A stretch of 56,177 nt of DNA, filler included, from Sluysia triapertura (Eukaryota): NCBI GenBank assembly GCA_046118255.1. It is 4 parts of 4 records of this genome, joined end to end, with 100 filler letters (N's around TTAATTAATTAA, not from the genome) between each part and the next. Parts side by side here need not be neighbours in the genome. Positions count along the whole stretch, not along the records: positions 11,782 to 26,586 come from JBJNIA010248536.1; positions 26,687 to 45,293 come from JBJNIA010135287.1; 2 more parts are not named here. One strand, given 5' to 3'. Under the pieces are notes generated by a model that saw only the letters and a list, made by a program, of their open reading frames with translations, did not search any database and was not told the origin of the DNA. The translations under genes and the position numbers were made by a program. This document shows positions 26,585 to 40,800 of this stretch, in pieces (within the stretch, counting starts at the first letter, position 1; every line of letters begins with the position of its first letter).

Positions 26585-26686
26585 TTNNNNNNNNNNNNNN
26601 NNNNNNNNNNNNNNNNNNNNNNNNNNNNNNTTAATTAATTAANNNNNNNNNNNNNNNNNNNNNNNNNNNNNNNNNNNNNNNNNNNN

Positions 26687-26759
26687 TTAATTTTCATTTT
26701 TGTGTAGCATCCTGGCACCTTTAGATAATTCTCTAAAAATCATGTTGGCACTCAAAGGG
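26687..26759. mobile_element. Right end of a piggyBac-type element truncated by the gap
   Basis: GTTGGCACTCAAAGGG followed by TTAA. Confidence 0.5.
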
Positions 26760-26899
26760 TTAAATTTTATGAGTGAAAATTTTGTTATTTTATGCAATTA
26801 AATTTTATTTATCGAAAACGGTTGAATTTTAAAAAACATTATAACTTCATGTTTAATAAAGTCACATCATAGAACTTATTTTCATGTCTTAGTGATGAT

Positions 26900-28740
26900 A
26901 ACATTTTTAATACCATCAATATAGGGTATTCTAATTCTACTGTCGGCGGTTCCAATATTATAACTCATTACGATCCGACGTTATCAAACTCAACAATAGA
27001 CGTTATTTTAGTAGATATTGCAAGAGGTCAAGTTATGTTGCTTACGCTTTCAATTATGTTAAATGATGAACGACAATCTGTCGATTTTAGTTTTCGGATT
27101 AACTTCATACAAGAATCGACAACATTCCAGAATGCTTTATTTCCTACATTTATTTATTTACTAAATGCGAATTATTTTCATTACAAAGATATGTACTTTG
27201 GTCATCCGTATTTATTATTTGCATTATGCAAATCGATCCAATGTCTCAATCTAGTAATTCATCATACGTATAATACCCATCTATCAAGTATCGTTCTTTG
27301 AACGACGTCGGAATTCGAAAAAGTCAAAGAGCGAATAAATTGTATCAACAAACATCAACCGTCATACGATGATCCTGTTTTTCTACAATCTGTCGTTGAC
27401 CATTATATGAATTTATCTTTAGAGAACATGTTAGGTTTAGAATTGATTTATATGTCACGTTTTCAAGTCACATATTTCGTTAAAGTTGAAAATGATATCC
27501 TTCCCAAATGTCAACGTCGTATCGATATAAGTAACGACAATTTATTCAAGACACAAAATATTCAATTTATAATTAGTAATTTAAAAGTTAATGTAGTTGG
27601 AAATAGAAATGTTGAATCAAAACGATGCCTTTCCTATAATATTAGTATTGAATCAGTATTGGAGAATAATGCATTATTCTATTCAAGATGTTTCAAGCAT
27701 GAATTTGACCAGAGTCAAGTACTTGGTTTGTATAATAGTTATGCCAGAAGATACTGGAATCAATACGAAATGAAACAGTATCCTTATTTTGGTAAATTTA
27801 TATTGAGAATCTTAGTTAAGAATGAACCGACTAACAAAGGGTTCCTAGTGTTAGTTAACAAAATCTCTTTAAGATCGAGTTTAATAACGTAAGCTTTAAT
27901 TTCGTATATATGATAACTTTTTTTAATTTCATATGTTTAGTGACCGGATCGGTAAATTCCAGCGGTGTTGCTCGCATAAAAAGGGGTCTACAAAAGAAAT
28001 AAAGGGAGAAGACAAATTCTATAACAACAATATGATTTTTTATATCTCAAAACTCGTAACGTTAAACATGTTATTAATAAATTTTAGTATTATTAATTCA
28101 AAAGTTTCTTTATTCTTTCTAAATGATAAATCAATTTTTTTATGTTTAATACAAATAAGTGAACATAAATCTTTTAATAATTATAAACATCGATTCATGG
28201 AATTAATACCTAAAGATATAAAAGGTTGTAAGCTATGGAAAAACCATAAAATTCAGTCTTTAAATAACGAAAGAGTAACATTCATGAATTCCAATGTAGT
28301 TTTATATATGATTTTTTTTAAAATATAGTAGTAGAATGAGCTTTAACACGTTAGACTTCTTCCACGAACCGATTCAAAACGAGGTTTTGGTGCGAATATT
28401 GTTTCATCTGAACGACAATGTATTAAACCGTTATCAACGTATAAAACTAAAAATATCTATAAAAGCCCTAAAGACTTTTACACTTAAACACATATCTCCA
28501 TAAAATGTTATCAGGAGATCATCCCCATATCTCATTATTTGATAAGTCTGCTGTGGTTGTCAATACAATCAAAGCGAGTATTTTCTAAATTAAAAATGGG
28601 GCACTTACAAGTGTCCAGAAATAATTTCTTTGCGATTTTCTTTCATTTCACATGCAAACGCAAAGTTTTCCTGAGTTCCGTGACAAAGTTTTATTTTCAA
28701 CCCACCTTAACATCCGTCAAACAAAATCTGTAAAGTAAAA
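26900..28740. repeat. Cluster of about five alpha copies in mixed orientation
   Basis: TTTTCGGATT and ACAACATT shared with 52225-52260; TATTCAAGACA, AATCAATAC and ATCCTTAT shared with the 1 and 55511 copies; AGCCCTAAAGACT and CACTTACAA..TCACATG match the reverse complement of 1-110. Contains four ORFs of 64-161 aa. Confidence 0.55.
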
Positions 28741-29711
28741 GAAATAAGCACAATAATGAATAAAAAATGGTAGTCAATAATATTTAAACAAAACACAATT
28801 ATCCGTTCTACTAAAATTATATTAAAAATAGAAGTATGATTCCAATTTCAGGATGTCCAGTTTGATAATGTTTCAGTTTTGGGAGTATTAGTGTACATAA
28901 TTCAACAAATAAAATAAACGTATTTAATATAAAGTTAATTGTAACAAAATATTCTATGAAAGTTCAAAATAATTTTCAAAGGGTATAACTTCACAATCAA
29001 AGAAGAATGTAAATTCATCACTAAATATAGTATTCAAAATTGTTTTGTTAACATTATATTCAATGATAAGTTTAATAATTATAATAATTAAATGGAAACA
29101 ATGGCAAAAAAAATAAAATTTCAAAATTGCTAATTATAATTTATCGTAATACTCAGTACGATCCCTTGAAGTTACCAAACTATTTAAATGAAACTTTATC
29201 AGTGAATTCAAATGGAAATGAAATTTGTGACAATTCTACAATATATGATTCATTGAATTGCAATTAAGACACAGTGTATTTATAAAATTGATGAAATGAA
29301 GGACGACGAACATCTGGAGCCAACAAATCATCATTTTGAATATTTCATATCATTTTTTGTAGTATTTAATAATTAAAAAGACATTTTAATTTAATAAATT
29401 CATTAAAAATTATACAATTAATCAAAACATAATTTCAAAAAAATCAATTTTGTATTAAAATGGCGGAAACTGAAACTACTTTAAATATTACTTAGTAATT
29501 TATAATTCTTTACATTTCTTATGACATTTCCTAAAATGTCAACAACAATTAGTTCATTAAATCAAAATGAAGACGTGTTATAAATAATCAAGTCTGTCAC
29601 TGGAACGCAAGTCACGAAAAAATACGTATTTAGCATTGTATGGGCAGCATTTGTGTTTCTAGGTAATGCGTTGCACTATTTTTCCCAGAGGTTTTTGTTT
29701 AGTTGCTGATT

Positions 29712-29784
29712 TTACTGAATGACCAAACTCCCGAGAGATTCACCAGAAAAGGTTGCTGCACGCGTAAGTCCATAGTGAAGTATA
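29712..29784 (-). CDS. Candidate terminal exon, product unknown
   Basis: Good acceptor TTTTTAATATCTACAG and a GC-rich patch; reads ILHYGLTRAATFSGESLGSLVIQ* or YFTMDLRVQQPFL.. depending on phase. Confidence 0.3.
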
Positions 29785-29800
29785 CTGTAGATATTAAAAA

Positions 29801-29904
29801 GTAAACATTTGTAATAAATATAAACATTTGTAATTTGTAAATAAAATTGAAAGTAAACGTTTGTAATAAATATAAACATTTGTAATTTGTAAATAAAATT
29901 GAAA
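29801..29904. repeat. 52-bp tandem duplication
   Basis: Two copies differing by one base. Confidence 0.9.
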
Positions 29905-32900
29905 TAATTAATTAATCAGATATTTTCGTAAAATAATTAATTAGTACAAATATTATCTACCAATAAGTTAGATAAAATCTTTACTGCAAATTTAGATAAT
30001 AAAACTATTTTACTAATAATTTAGATAATAAAACTTTTTAAACTATTTTACTAAAAATTTAAATAACGAAACTTTTTAATCTACATAATTATTTTAAATC
30101 TTTGTCTACATTTATAAAAATAATTATTTGTATTTTTTTGATTTAATTATATCTTATCGTGTTAAACCCTACACATATAAATAGCTCACAGTTTTAGTTT
30201 AGAAAATAATAAGAAAATTTTAAATCTTAAAAAATCTTTTGTGGAAGAGTTTAATACTCGCAATACATACTTCGTTAGATTCGAATCCTTTTCAAGAATA
30301 AATTTATTAATCTATTTGGTGTTGAAGACTTTATCTGGGATTGTCGTAAGGATTTCAAATTGAGTTTATATTATAAATTGGAAACAATCTTGTGAAGTTT
30401 GAATCGGATCATCAATAGAAGAATTGGAACTAACAGAATAATTTATTAACCTTAAGCTATTTATATTAGGTTTTAATACAGTAATATCTGTTTCAAAATA
30501 CACTTAAAATCATTTTCGTATTTCACACACCCAAGTATTCACCTGGATTAAAATCATTTTTAACTTGTATTCTAATTTGAATTAGGAGAAATCCTAAGAT
30601 TAATAAATTAAATTTAATTATTATTATTGTGAATATTCTTTTATTGTTGTGAATATTTTTTTGTTTATACTGATCATCTTTTGTAATTATAACCTTAATT
30701 ATAAATTGTGTTTAATAAAAGTTCATAGGATACATCACGTATCAAACACTTTGTTTTGCTTTCAGAATTATTTGGACTGACGAAAAGTATAAAATTAAGG
30801 TAGAATCCTAAATTAGTTAAAGATACTAAAGTCAGAATTTACTATAAAGTAACATAGATAAAGACCCTCCATTTTTAGATAATAATGAATTCTTTCGTAG
30901 TTTTGACATATTATAATCCTATAACTAAGTCTTCCGCGAGATATAGGCGGACCCATTTTAACGTAATTTCATAATTGTTTTAAGATAAAATCTGAACACA
31001 CGTTAATGCTACGGACTGGGTGTGATGCACAAGTTTAGGATCGCAGTAGCACTCGCATATACGACATAAGTACACATTACTCACAATTCAGAATTTCTTT
31101 TTATCAGTATTACGCCTGGACCTTACAATTTCTCATGTCTACCGAAACACCTGAAGTGAACTCATCAGAAGACATTATTCCAATTTCAATCATTTTTAGA
31201 ATTTATTTTATTTTTAAAGTTGTATCAATGTTTTAACGGTTCTGAGCACTTTGTTATCGATAACACCAATTTTATTTCGCAAGTATTTTAAAGATTTTAA
31301 ATATTTTACAAGCTTATTCAAGATTCGTAATTAAATTTTCGAAGATTCTTAAGTGATCTTTAAGTAACCAAATTCATATATACCTATTAACAGAGAGCAA
31401 ATGGATACTTTTCTGGTATTTACAAGTTAAAAAACTTCATTCATATTGTTTTCGTCAAGGATCAGAAAAAAGGTCGCTTAGTTACTCATCTATTTTTGAA
31501 TTTAATGACATTGTTCCCATCTACATATTACTATGTGAAATAAGAAAACACAAGTATTTCTAATTTCTATTTATTTCTGAACTTCAATATTTGGAAGACT
31601 ACTACATCAACTACTATTATTAATAATATTATTATTAATATTATTATTATTATTTTACAGACGAAATAAATAATTAAAATTAGAGTGTTCTTTACTACTT
31701 ACTAGAGTCAATAATTAATATGTCGATAATAATTGCTACAAAATAATATTAAAAATAATAAAACTAACATAATTTAGGCAGAACTACATTTTTACAATGC
31801 AAAAAGTTCATGTAAAAATCTTTAAAAAAGGAACTACAAAAATCAAATAAAAACAAAAAATCAAAACCAACCGAAATTAAACATAAAAAATCTACGGAAA
31901 ATCAATTCTAAAATAAGTATAATCGATTGCCTACTTCTACTGTCTAACATTTTAACAATTTGTAGCAAATAGTTCGTTAAAAGAAAGGTAATTTACAATT
32001 TTTTAATTGCTTTCCGAAACACTGGATTTCAACCAATAGCAAACATTGACTGAATGATCCAATGAATCGTTATCAAATCGTTATCAAACGAACTATTCGC
32101 GAATGAAAAGAAATCATATCTACCAATAAAATAATATGTATAAATTGTCATAGAAAATGTGGATTGAATAAAAAAATATTAATAATAAACTACGTTGCTA
32201 ATAGTTACACAGTGTTCATTGCATAATATTTAACAAGTGGAATCCAATATCAGTTGCTATAGATACATGACTGAGAGAATAATTAAAGTACAAAATGTGT
32301 AATCTACTAAAAAAATAACAATAATAAGAATAATAATTATTATTATAATTATAATAATAGAATAAAATAAACTGAGCGAATTAGAAACGAGTTTGTGTGT
32401 GCAACATGATTTTCTTGAAAACTATTCGTCCACGAATAACAGATGGTCCAATCAAATAGTGTCCATGTAAAATCTACGAATCTACGAATTGTCAATTAAA
32501 AATCTAATACACAATATGCAATAAAGAAACAATTCTTGTGATGGATGCGTTTGATAGGACCGAGTTGTTATTCGTTGTTGTCGAGTAGAAAGAGAGAAAT
32601 CAGTTGCACGCAACTCGTAAACTACTGCGATACAAAAAATAATAACTACTGAAAAAATAACGCTAATACAAGAAACAAGATTCTAAAAAGTATAATATCT
32701 AAGGCAATATTGAGAAACATGGGCTGCACATGCGGACCCGGGAGTTGAAAGCTACTTGATTAATAATAATAATAACAATAATAATAATAAATAACATAAG
32801 TGAGCTTAAGAAATTCGGATATGCGGTACATCGTTCAATGCATAGATAATGAAAATAATTCAATATTTCGATTTTGAAATTAAAAACGGTACTTTTTAAT

Positions 32901-33419
32901 CACTGTTGCAATTCGATATATTCTGAAGAATTATATAACTGACGCAGTTGTAATAGAGAAGTGGCGGTCTGGATTGAGCATTTGTATTGGAATTATTAAA
33001 CAATATTCGATATAATTATTACTATTTCTAAGCTCAAAACTTCTTGTAATAATAATAATAATAATAATAGTAATAATAAATAATGAAAATAATAATAATA
33101 AATAATGATAATGATATAAAATTAAATACATTTAGCTACGTCTAAAAAGACTACGAACTACGACTCAGTAATTATTCTACTTTGCTCATTCGTTATTGGA
33201 ATATTAATTTAACTCGCAACAAATCACTGCTTCATAGCAGAAATTAACAATATTCGAATAACTAATGAAGTAGCGAGTGAGTGATCCAACTGAGGGCTGC
33301 GGAAGGAAATTGTGTGTGTGTGTGTGTGTGTGCTACAATATTCACGGACTGGACTGTAGATAAATAAAAACAGAATTTACTGTTACAGAAACAGAAATTG
33401 TTATTACTTTTAATAAATA

Positions 33420-33965
33420 TTTGTACCTTTCGCTACACAAATTCAATAAGTGCTGACGAATGTGATTTTATTGCAAAAATAAATTTAAAATTTAGTGGAA
33501 GATTAAGTTTCTGTGGTAACAGAAATTTCAATTGATAAATGTTTAGAGGTACTGAAGTTGGCATAGCTACAAGAAAGCAACTAAAACAAAAAATTAATTT
33601 ATCAATGAAAAGTTTACGTTTATTATACAAACAGCGCATTAATGAAATCCTCGACTCCGCCAGCAGAAGGTGGCATAATAATAATATTCAATAAAACCGC
33701 ACATTGGTTAAAGTTTTTTAAAAAAAGGAAGGATTCAATCAACTAAATTTGAGTAGAACAAAGTAATATGCAAAATGAGTAGTGATGTATGATGATGCCT
33801 TCAAATTATGATTCAAGGTCACGGATGAACCTATTGTAGCATTTATTTATGAAACAAACAATTGAAGTTTCTGCTGTTTTCAAAAAATAGCAATAGCATG
33901 AAGTACTTTTCAAGTAACATTCAAACAAGGGCCAGTCGTAGATGACAACTAAAAGAAGCAAATAT
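33420..33965 (+). repeat. Tail of one alpha copy followed by the head of another
   Basis: Exact AGGGCCAGTCGT at 33928-33939 (also 55610-55621); AATATGCAA start near 33765; AATCCTCGACT..GAAG resembles the window-end AATCCGTGATT..GAAG. Confidence 0.65.
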
Positions 33966-34114
33966 AACAAAGCATCATAAAGACGTTGTATCTGCTTCTT
34001 TGTATTGCTTGTTGAAAGAAAATGCCTTTTCGTAGCAAAAAAGGCACACTTGTACGAGGTGCGTATTTGTGTGTATCACAGATTATGCATGAGTCATGTG
34101 TTTAATAGAAGTTA

Positions 34115-34647
34115 TCATAAATTAACATCACCACTGCTGATTGCGTTCTGTGGTAACATTAGGAGGATGTTTGAAGATGTCGTGGATGACAGTGATGATG
34201 TCGTTGATCCAGAGGATGAAGATGACGATGGTTGAGTGACGGTAGCCAATGATGACGAAGAAGAAAGTGATGTTGTGCTTACGGTATTTGTTGTCATAGA
34301 TACATTGACACATCCTGGCAAATCGGCAATGATTAAATTAGGATTTTCGTCATTGTCCATATTTTCTTTATTATTATTATTATTGCAAGTACTACTATTA
34401 CTACTACTAGTGCTGTTATTATTATTACTATTACTTGATATAGCAGCACATATTAATGGCGGTGGAGAATTGTTATTCAGTTCAATACCGTTACTATTGG
34501 TGACAGTACGTGTAGATATTTGCTGATCAGAAATAGGTCCCCGAGTACGTTGATTTTTGTTAACTCGTCGTGCTTGTACACACACATCTGTCATGCACAA
34601 ATTTATGGATCCATTCTTCAATTTTGGATGACGACGTTTGATATATA
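34115..34647 (-). CDS. Exon encoding the C-terminal end of a BEN domain (NACC-like) plus a low-complexity tail
   Basis: TTTTATTCAG acceptor; YIKRRHPKLKNGSINLCMTDVCVQARRV resembles NACC BEN [28 protein letters not shown]; Asn/Ser/Thr-rich tail. Confidence 0.7.
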
Positions 34648-35983
34648 CTGAATAAAATTTTAAAAAAGTTATCTACTTATTTACGTCAGTAGATAATACT
34701 TATTAAAAAATGATTTACTACCTTTGCTTAAATAAGAACTTATAAGAATTAAATCGAAGTAATTATATTAACTATTCGAATAGTTAAATGTGTAGCTCCA
34801 AAATTCTGTAAGAAATGAAACATTTTTAAATATTGCTATTTATGCATGTACAATTTGATAAACGTCATGCATCATTAAGTATCAAATAATTACAAATAAA
34901 CGAATTTGAAATTCGAATCATAATAATAATCATAATCCTCGATAACGGATAGATTCAACGAAACTAAAACAATCGGACACTGTCAAATCGCATTGTTCTA
35001 CTGATTTCAGTGTTTATTTTAATAAATCTATCTCATGTTCCAGGATTATTGTTTTATCTTTAAACAAGGGCCATTTTAATAAATGCGTACATTCGATTTC
35101 GTTACGTTGTACAAGCACAAATGAGTGCGGGCATGCTTACTGATACAAGTCGACTATTCGAATGGCACACGCAACTCACTGATTGTGTGTATTTGATTTT
35201 GAATAATACACTATTTTTATTTTGAAATTTAGTTTTATATGTNNNNNNNNNNNNNNNNNNNNNNNNNNNNNNNNNNNNNNNNNNNNNNNNNNNNNNNNNN
35301 NNNNNNNNNNNNNNNNNNNNNNNNNNNNNNNNNNNNNNNNNNNNNNNNNNNNNNNNNNNNNNNNNNNNNNNATCTAAAAATAAATAGAAACATGTTTATA
35401 TGCAAAAATAAATGTTGGTAAAATCGTAGCTATCTAATAATTAATATGTACCTATTTAAAAATAGATTAAATAAGAAAAATAAATTGTGATTTTTATATT
35501 TTAGAAATATGTTTATAAGCAAAATTAAAAAAGTTATACATGTTATGTAAATTAAAATTCACAATGCTATAATGTATTAGTATTATATGCGAATTGTAAA
35601 TTAAAAATTGGCTGAATAATATGGATTTAATGTAGAAAGGAATTAACATTAATAAAATTTACTATAAGTTAAAAAATATACTACAAAACAGTGATTTTAA
35701 TTGGAGAGACCAAAGAACATAAGATATTTGAATATATTTGACGTGACAATAAATTTTTTGGATACGAAGGCGATTACTACTATGTACAAAAGAACTACGA
35801 AATTTATTAAATTTGCTGCATTTGGATCTTCGAGTACTGTACTAATAAATTTGTTAGATCGAATCTTAAATTGCTATATTAATAAATTGAAATCATCCAT
35901 CGTCTCTAACTTCTCTGATCAATTTTATTAATTGGATAACAAGTCATGGTTTTTTATCATTAGTGTTTTAAAGCTAACACTAA

Positions 35984-36022
35984 TGACCGATTATTTTGAC
36001 CGATTATTTTGACCGATTATTT
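35984..36022. repeat. 13-bp tandem repeat x3
   Basis: TGACCGATTATTT x3. Confidence 0.9.
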
Positions 36023-37356
36023 AAAGTTACTTTCGAAAATATAATTATTTTTATTGATCCCTTTAATATGGATCAAAAATAAAATCTTCTAATTTATATA
36101 ATTTTAATTTCATACTAAAATCCTTGTTATTATAGTGGTGTTTTCCAAAAATTATCTTTCAACATAGGTTCTACTTACGCAGAACCTTAATAAAATCAAT
36201 TTAATACTTACCCTCGCAAATACGCGGAAACTGAATATTTAATAAGATTCAAAATTTTGTTAATCTCGACGAAGAGGCGAACAGAGAATCAGATAAAGAG
36301 CATATTAATCCTAAATAAAACGCAAGCTTCGCAAGTTAAGCCAAAAAATTTAGATTTAGTATCCTTTCAGAGATAATTGACCACCACTACATTTACGGTT
36401 TACTTTCTTCTAAATTATATGAACTAACCTTATCGTGTAAGACTAGGATCGTAGGCGAATTCATAAGGTTGTATTTATTTGTGAGTTAGATTAATTCATC
36501 TTTAAAAAAACAACCAATATTATTATTAAAAATATATTATAAAAATTTATCAATATTATTATTATGCATATATGATTTATAGATTATTAATAAAATGAAT
36601 GTTATATGCATATGTATATTTGATATGTCCTTGTAGGTCATTATTATAAAGTAATTATTATTACCAGTCGGGTCAAATGGACTCGAGTGTAAATTTCACT
36701 AGTTATTTTCTAGTAACATGTTACATTAAAACTGTTCTGACTTTTTATGTAGTTGGTTTAAACTTTGTTATTTATGGGTCCAAAAGACGCGTATGATATC
36801 CAATATGCATACTCTTTTTACTAGATGGAAAGTTAATGGCATGTGTCTAAATAATAAATGCTGATTTATTTTAACTTGCTACGGTCTCAAATCAATAAAA
36901 TTTAATTCCTAAAATAATTCAAAGGAATATGTACGAATAAAAAGTTTCTTTAAAATATTAAATCATGTAAATTTGAAAAACAATAATAATCACCCTGCTC
37001 ATTGAGAAATGCAGATATTGTTTAGACTAACACTTCATTATTCAATACAATATTATTCAGGAATGAAACCTGAAAAAACTAATCACCTGTATGTTCGATT
37101 AGTCGAAGTATCCTAAATGAAAAAACTTGGATATGGATTAAAATTGTTCAAAAAACAAAAATTAAAAGATGGTGTTACTTGTCCAAAAAATAAAAAAAGT
37201 AATCTCGACAACAATATCGCATCAAGTTTGATTTTTAACTTATTTTAACTTTTTTTGAGAAATATTATTAATAAAATATGGAATTAATAATTTTTAATTT
37301 TCTTCATTTTATCTTGTTCGAATATTATAAGAAACGATGTTAGAACATTAATTAAC

Positions 37357-37642
37357 CTTATGTACAGGATCGTACGCCCCAAACTTGGCAAATTCAGGAT
37401 GATTAGGAGTAATTAAAGGAAATGATTGGTCATCTGTAATATGCCAGTGAAATACGTTTAATTTGTGCATAGACATTGCATCTAAATTTTTTAATAAAAT
37501 TGATTTTGGAATGAAATGACGAGAAGTGTCCAACATAAGACCACGATGACGAAACCGAGGATAATCTGATATTGCAGATTCGTTAATAAATATTCTACCA
37601 GACCGAGTTCGCCAAGCTAATTGGGCCAATGTTTCCAAACCT
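37357..37642 (-). CDS. HEXB: Internal exon of a GH20 beta-hexosaminidase (HEXA/HEXB-like)
   Basis: GLETLAQL..ISDYPRFRHRGLMLDTSRHF..LDAMSMHKLNVFHWHITDDQSFP is the canonical GH20 motif; CAG acceptor (or GAG 2 nt later), GTTAAT donor. Confidence 0.93.
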
Positions 37643-39005
37643 CTGTCATAAAAATAAATAAAAAATAAAACTCCTTAAATGAAATAAATGTATATCAATA
37701 ATTATATAAGGTGTTCCTAAATGTTAAATAAATATAAAACGAAAGATATATAATTAACGTTATAATTCAATAAACATTTTTGATTATCGTTTCAAAACGG
37801 ACACAAACAACGAATTTGATAAGATAAAAATGAGAAATTCCTATAACTTCTAACAGAAATCAATATCTGCTATTAAACTCAAAATCTATTCAATATAAAC
37901 CACTCATAAACATCCGGTGCAAATACCGTATAATCAAGAAAATCCAATTACATCTATGCAACTACTAATTAATAAAATTTACATTGCAAAAGTAACTTTT
38001 TTACATAATAAGTAAAACAGTCAATAAAATTTTCACTATTTATTTTTAAATCAAATAAAAATTAGTGCCACTTATTTGTAAATAAACATCCTGTTGAATT
38101 TAATACGCTGTATATAATTTTATTAAAACGATCTTCTTAATGTAGTAGTTTTATTTGAATTAACTATCTAAAGTGAATATTTAACAGCACGTTTTCATTA
38201 AATATTAAGACATCGTGATGAGTAATCTTCATTTTTAATTAATTCTTTCAAATTACATTAATCACCTTGTTGCATTATCCGTCAACACCACTATTTAATT
38301 CATTGTTCCTAAAATTAATAATAAGCTTAAAAATTATATCTCTTAATTATATAAAAATACGATTGATTTTTTCAAGATCAAAACATCTTAATCATAAATA
38401 CGGTTGTAGTAAAACATCATCAAAAACTAACACATTCTTTTCAATTAAAATCTTAAACAAACTTCAACACATCTTAACACAAAACATCAAATCAACAAAC
38501 ACAAATAAAACAGAAACTAAAATTTTATTGACGTATTTTTGTCGTCAAATTATTATTATTATTATGTATGAATTTGTAATGTAAAACTATTATTTCTGGC
38601 CACATATTTTATTTCAAGGAACAATAATTTTCCAAGATCAGAGTTAAAATGATATTTTCATTGAAATTGTTAAAGTTGAATGTACCAATGATTTTCATCG
38701 GTAAACCTGCTGGTTTAATCGGGAATGAATTGTATTTGTCCACTGACAAGTTAAGATACATTGCAACCATGACTTTGAAATAGTACGTCATTTCGTAATT
38801 ACAGAACTGCATCGTTATTGTCTTTTAGAGATTTTAATATAAATCCACACAGTTCAAGTACTACTATATATTTCTTTAGTGAGACGTTATTTAACATGTT
38901 ACCTTAATAGTCAAAAAACGTAAATTTTCAAAAATTTATAAAATGATATTGGCTCAAACAAAATTTTGATTTAAACCGGATTACAATTTACTTTTAAATT
39001 CTCAA

Positions 39006-39082
<77 letters not shown>

Positions 39083-39525
39083 TTATTACTATTATTATTT
39101 AATAACTGTGGTTGCATTCAATTGGTTGACAATATCTAAATGCGAATTTCATTCAATAAAGATATTTCAAAAACTTTATGAAATTGATGAAAAAGAAAAG
39201 AAAATTGGAATGAACATTTCTCATTTAAGTAAAAAATTATGTATATAATATTAAATAATACATAATTTAGTATTATGCATATAATATTATTGAGCTAAAA
39301 TAACAATGTTATTCGTAAATTTCGAAGAATTCAGGGTTATGTAAAGTTTACATTCCAAACATAACAGAATTTTTATTCTCTTTTCGAATTAAGTAATGAA
39401 CTTCAAATACTAAAAATTGATAAAATGTAATCATTGGACACAATCTGATTATAAATTAATTCCATGTGTAAAGTATAAATAATAATTATAAAATGTAATT
39501 TAATTCAAAAAAGTTTATGTATAAT

Positions 39526-40019
39526 TAGAGTGACCAGACTTTCTCGATCCCAATCCGGGACGGACGTCAAACATATTTAAAAATTAAACATTACATTTTT
39601 TAACGTCAATATATGTAAATGTGCTAAATATAAATAGATAAAGGAAAATAATAACATTTAGGTTCAAAATATAATTTCTAATGATTTTGTTATATTTTTT
39701 ATTTATAACATAATATAAAAAAAATTTTAAATATTTTAAATACGAATATACAAAAATATAATTAACATTTATACAATAAAGATTTTTCAAATTAATATTC
39801 TGTAGCATGTACTTTTCTTAAAAATTCATCGATAATTCTTAATACTGTTTGTAAATTCTTCACAAGATTTTGAAATATTGCACTTTACAATAACCATTGC
39901 GTTCAATGTGTCCAGTTTTAAAGTGGATTTTTCAGCTGGCTACATATTATTATTATTATTATTAATTGCAACATTCTAAAAAATATATAACGGACTAATC
40001 CGGACGTCTGGTTACCTTA
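39526..40019 (-). mobile_element. Non-autonomous hAT deletion derivative
   Basis: TIRs TAGAGTGACCAGAC / GTCTGGTTACCTTA; perfect 8-bp TSD TGTATAAT (39518-39525, 40020-40027); minus-strand remnant AEKSTLKLDTLNAMVIVKCNISKSCEEF of the hAT dimerisation region. Confidence 0.93.
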
Positions 40020-40409
40020 TGTATAATCAATATATTCTTAAATTAAAATTTAACAAAATAAAAAATTACTTAGAAACACAAGAATTTACTGTTAATAAAT
40101 GTATTTAAAAAAATTAATGTTTCTATCGAATTATATTTAGTAATTATAAATTAATTTATTGAAATTTTATAGATTTTCAAAATTAATTTGAAATTGATTA
40201 AAGTGTATTTTTGTAGAAAATTTTATATTTTCAATTTTTTTTAGAAATAAAATACACACAATTTACTAAATCTAAAATGAAAGAAAATAAATACAAAAAA
40301 GAACTATAAAAGTAGGCAAATTTTTATTTCTCAATTAATTTCAGTTTCTCAATCAATTGAAAGTTTGGTTTAAAAGTGTGAAATTAGTTTAAAGATATTT
40401 TTATAAGTA

Positions 40410-40800
40410 CTAATGATAATTTGCGGTACCCAGAAAAAATTCTGACCTGATTTATCGTTATTGTACAACTTATTTCCCTATAAATTATTACACATATGTT
40501 AAGTGAAAAACTACTGTAAGAAGCACTTCATAAATACAAAATACATATTTCATGTTAATCCTAACCGAACAAAAGTTAACGTTACACAACCTTCGGATGC
40601 AATTTTTCAAGACCTCTTTTCCAAAAAGTTTTTTTTATTAGGAAATTAAGATGTGATATGAATTCTAAAATGAAAATATAAAATATTAATTGTACTGACA
40701 AAAAGCGTAAACAACAATTGACAAGAATATCAAATATTAGAAAATTTATTAATAAAGATAAAGCACAACTAATTATCATTCGTTGATAACCAATATTATA
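40410..40800 (+). repeat. Alpha family copy
   Basis: CAGAAAAAATTCTGAC at 40431 vs CAGAATTAAATTCTGAC at 55792; antisense ORF has LVNCCL like LINCCL (51277 ORF) and LIKCC (1063 ORF). Confidence 0.55.

Noticed and set aside
34005-34526. Plus-strand ORFs of 76 and 96 aa
   Set aside because: Antisense shadows of the low-complexity BEN exon.
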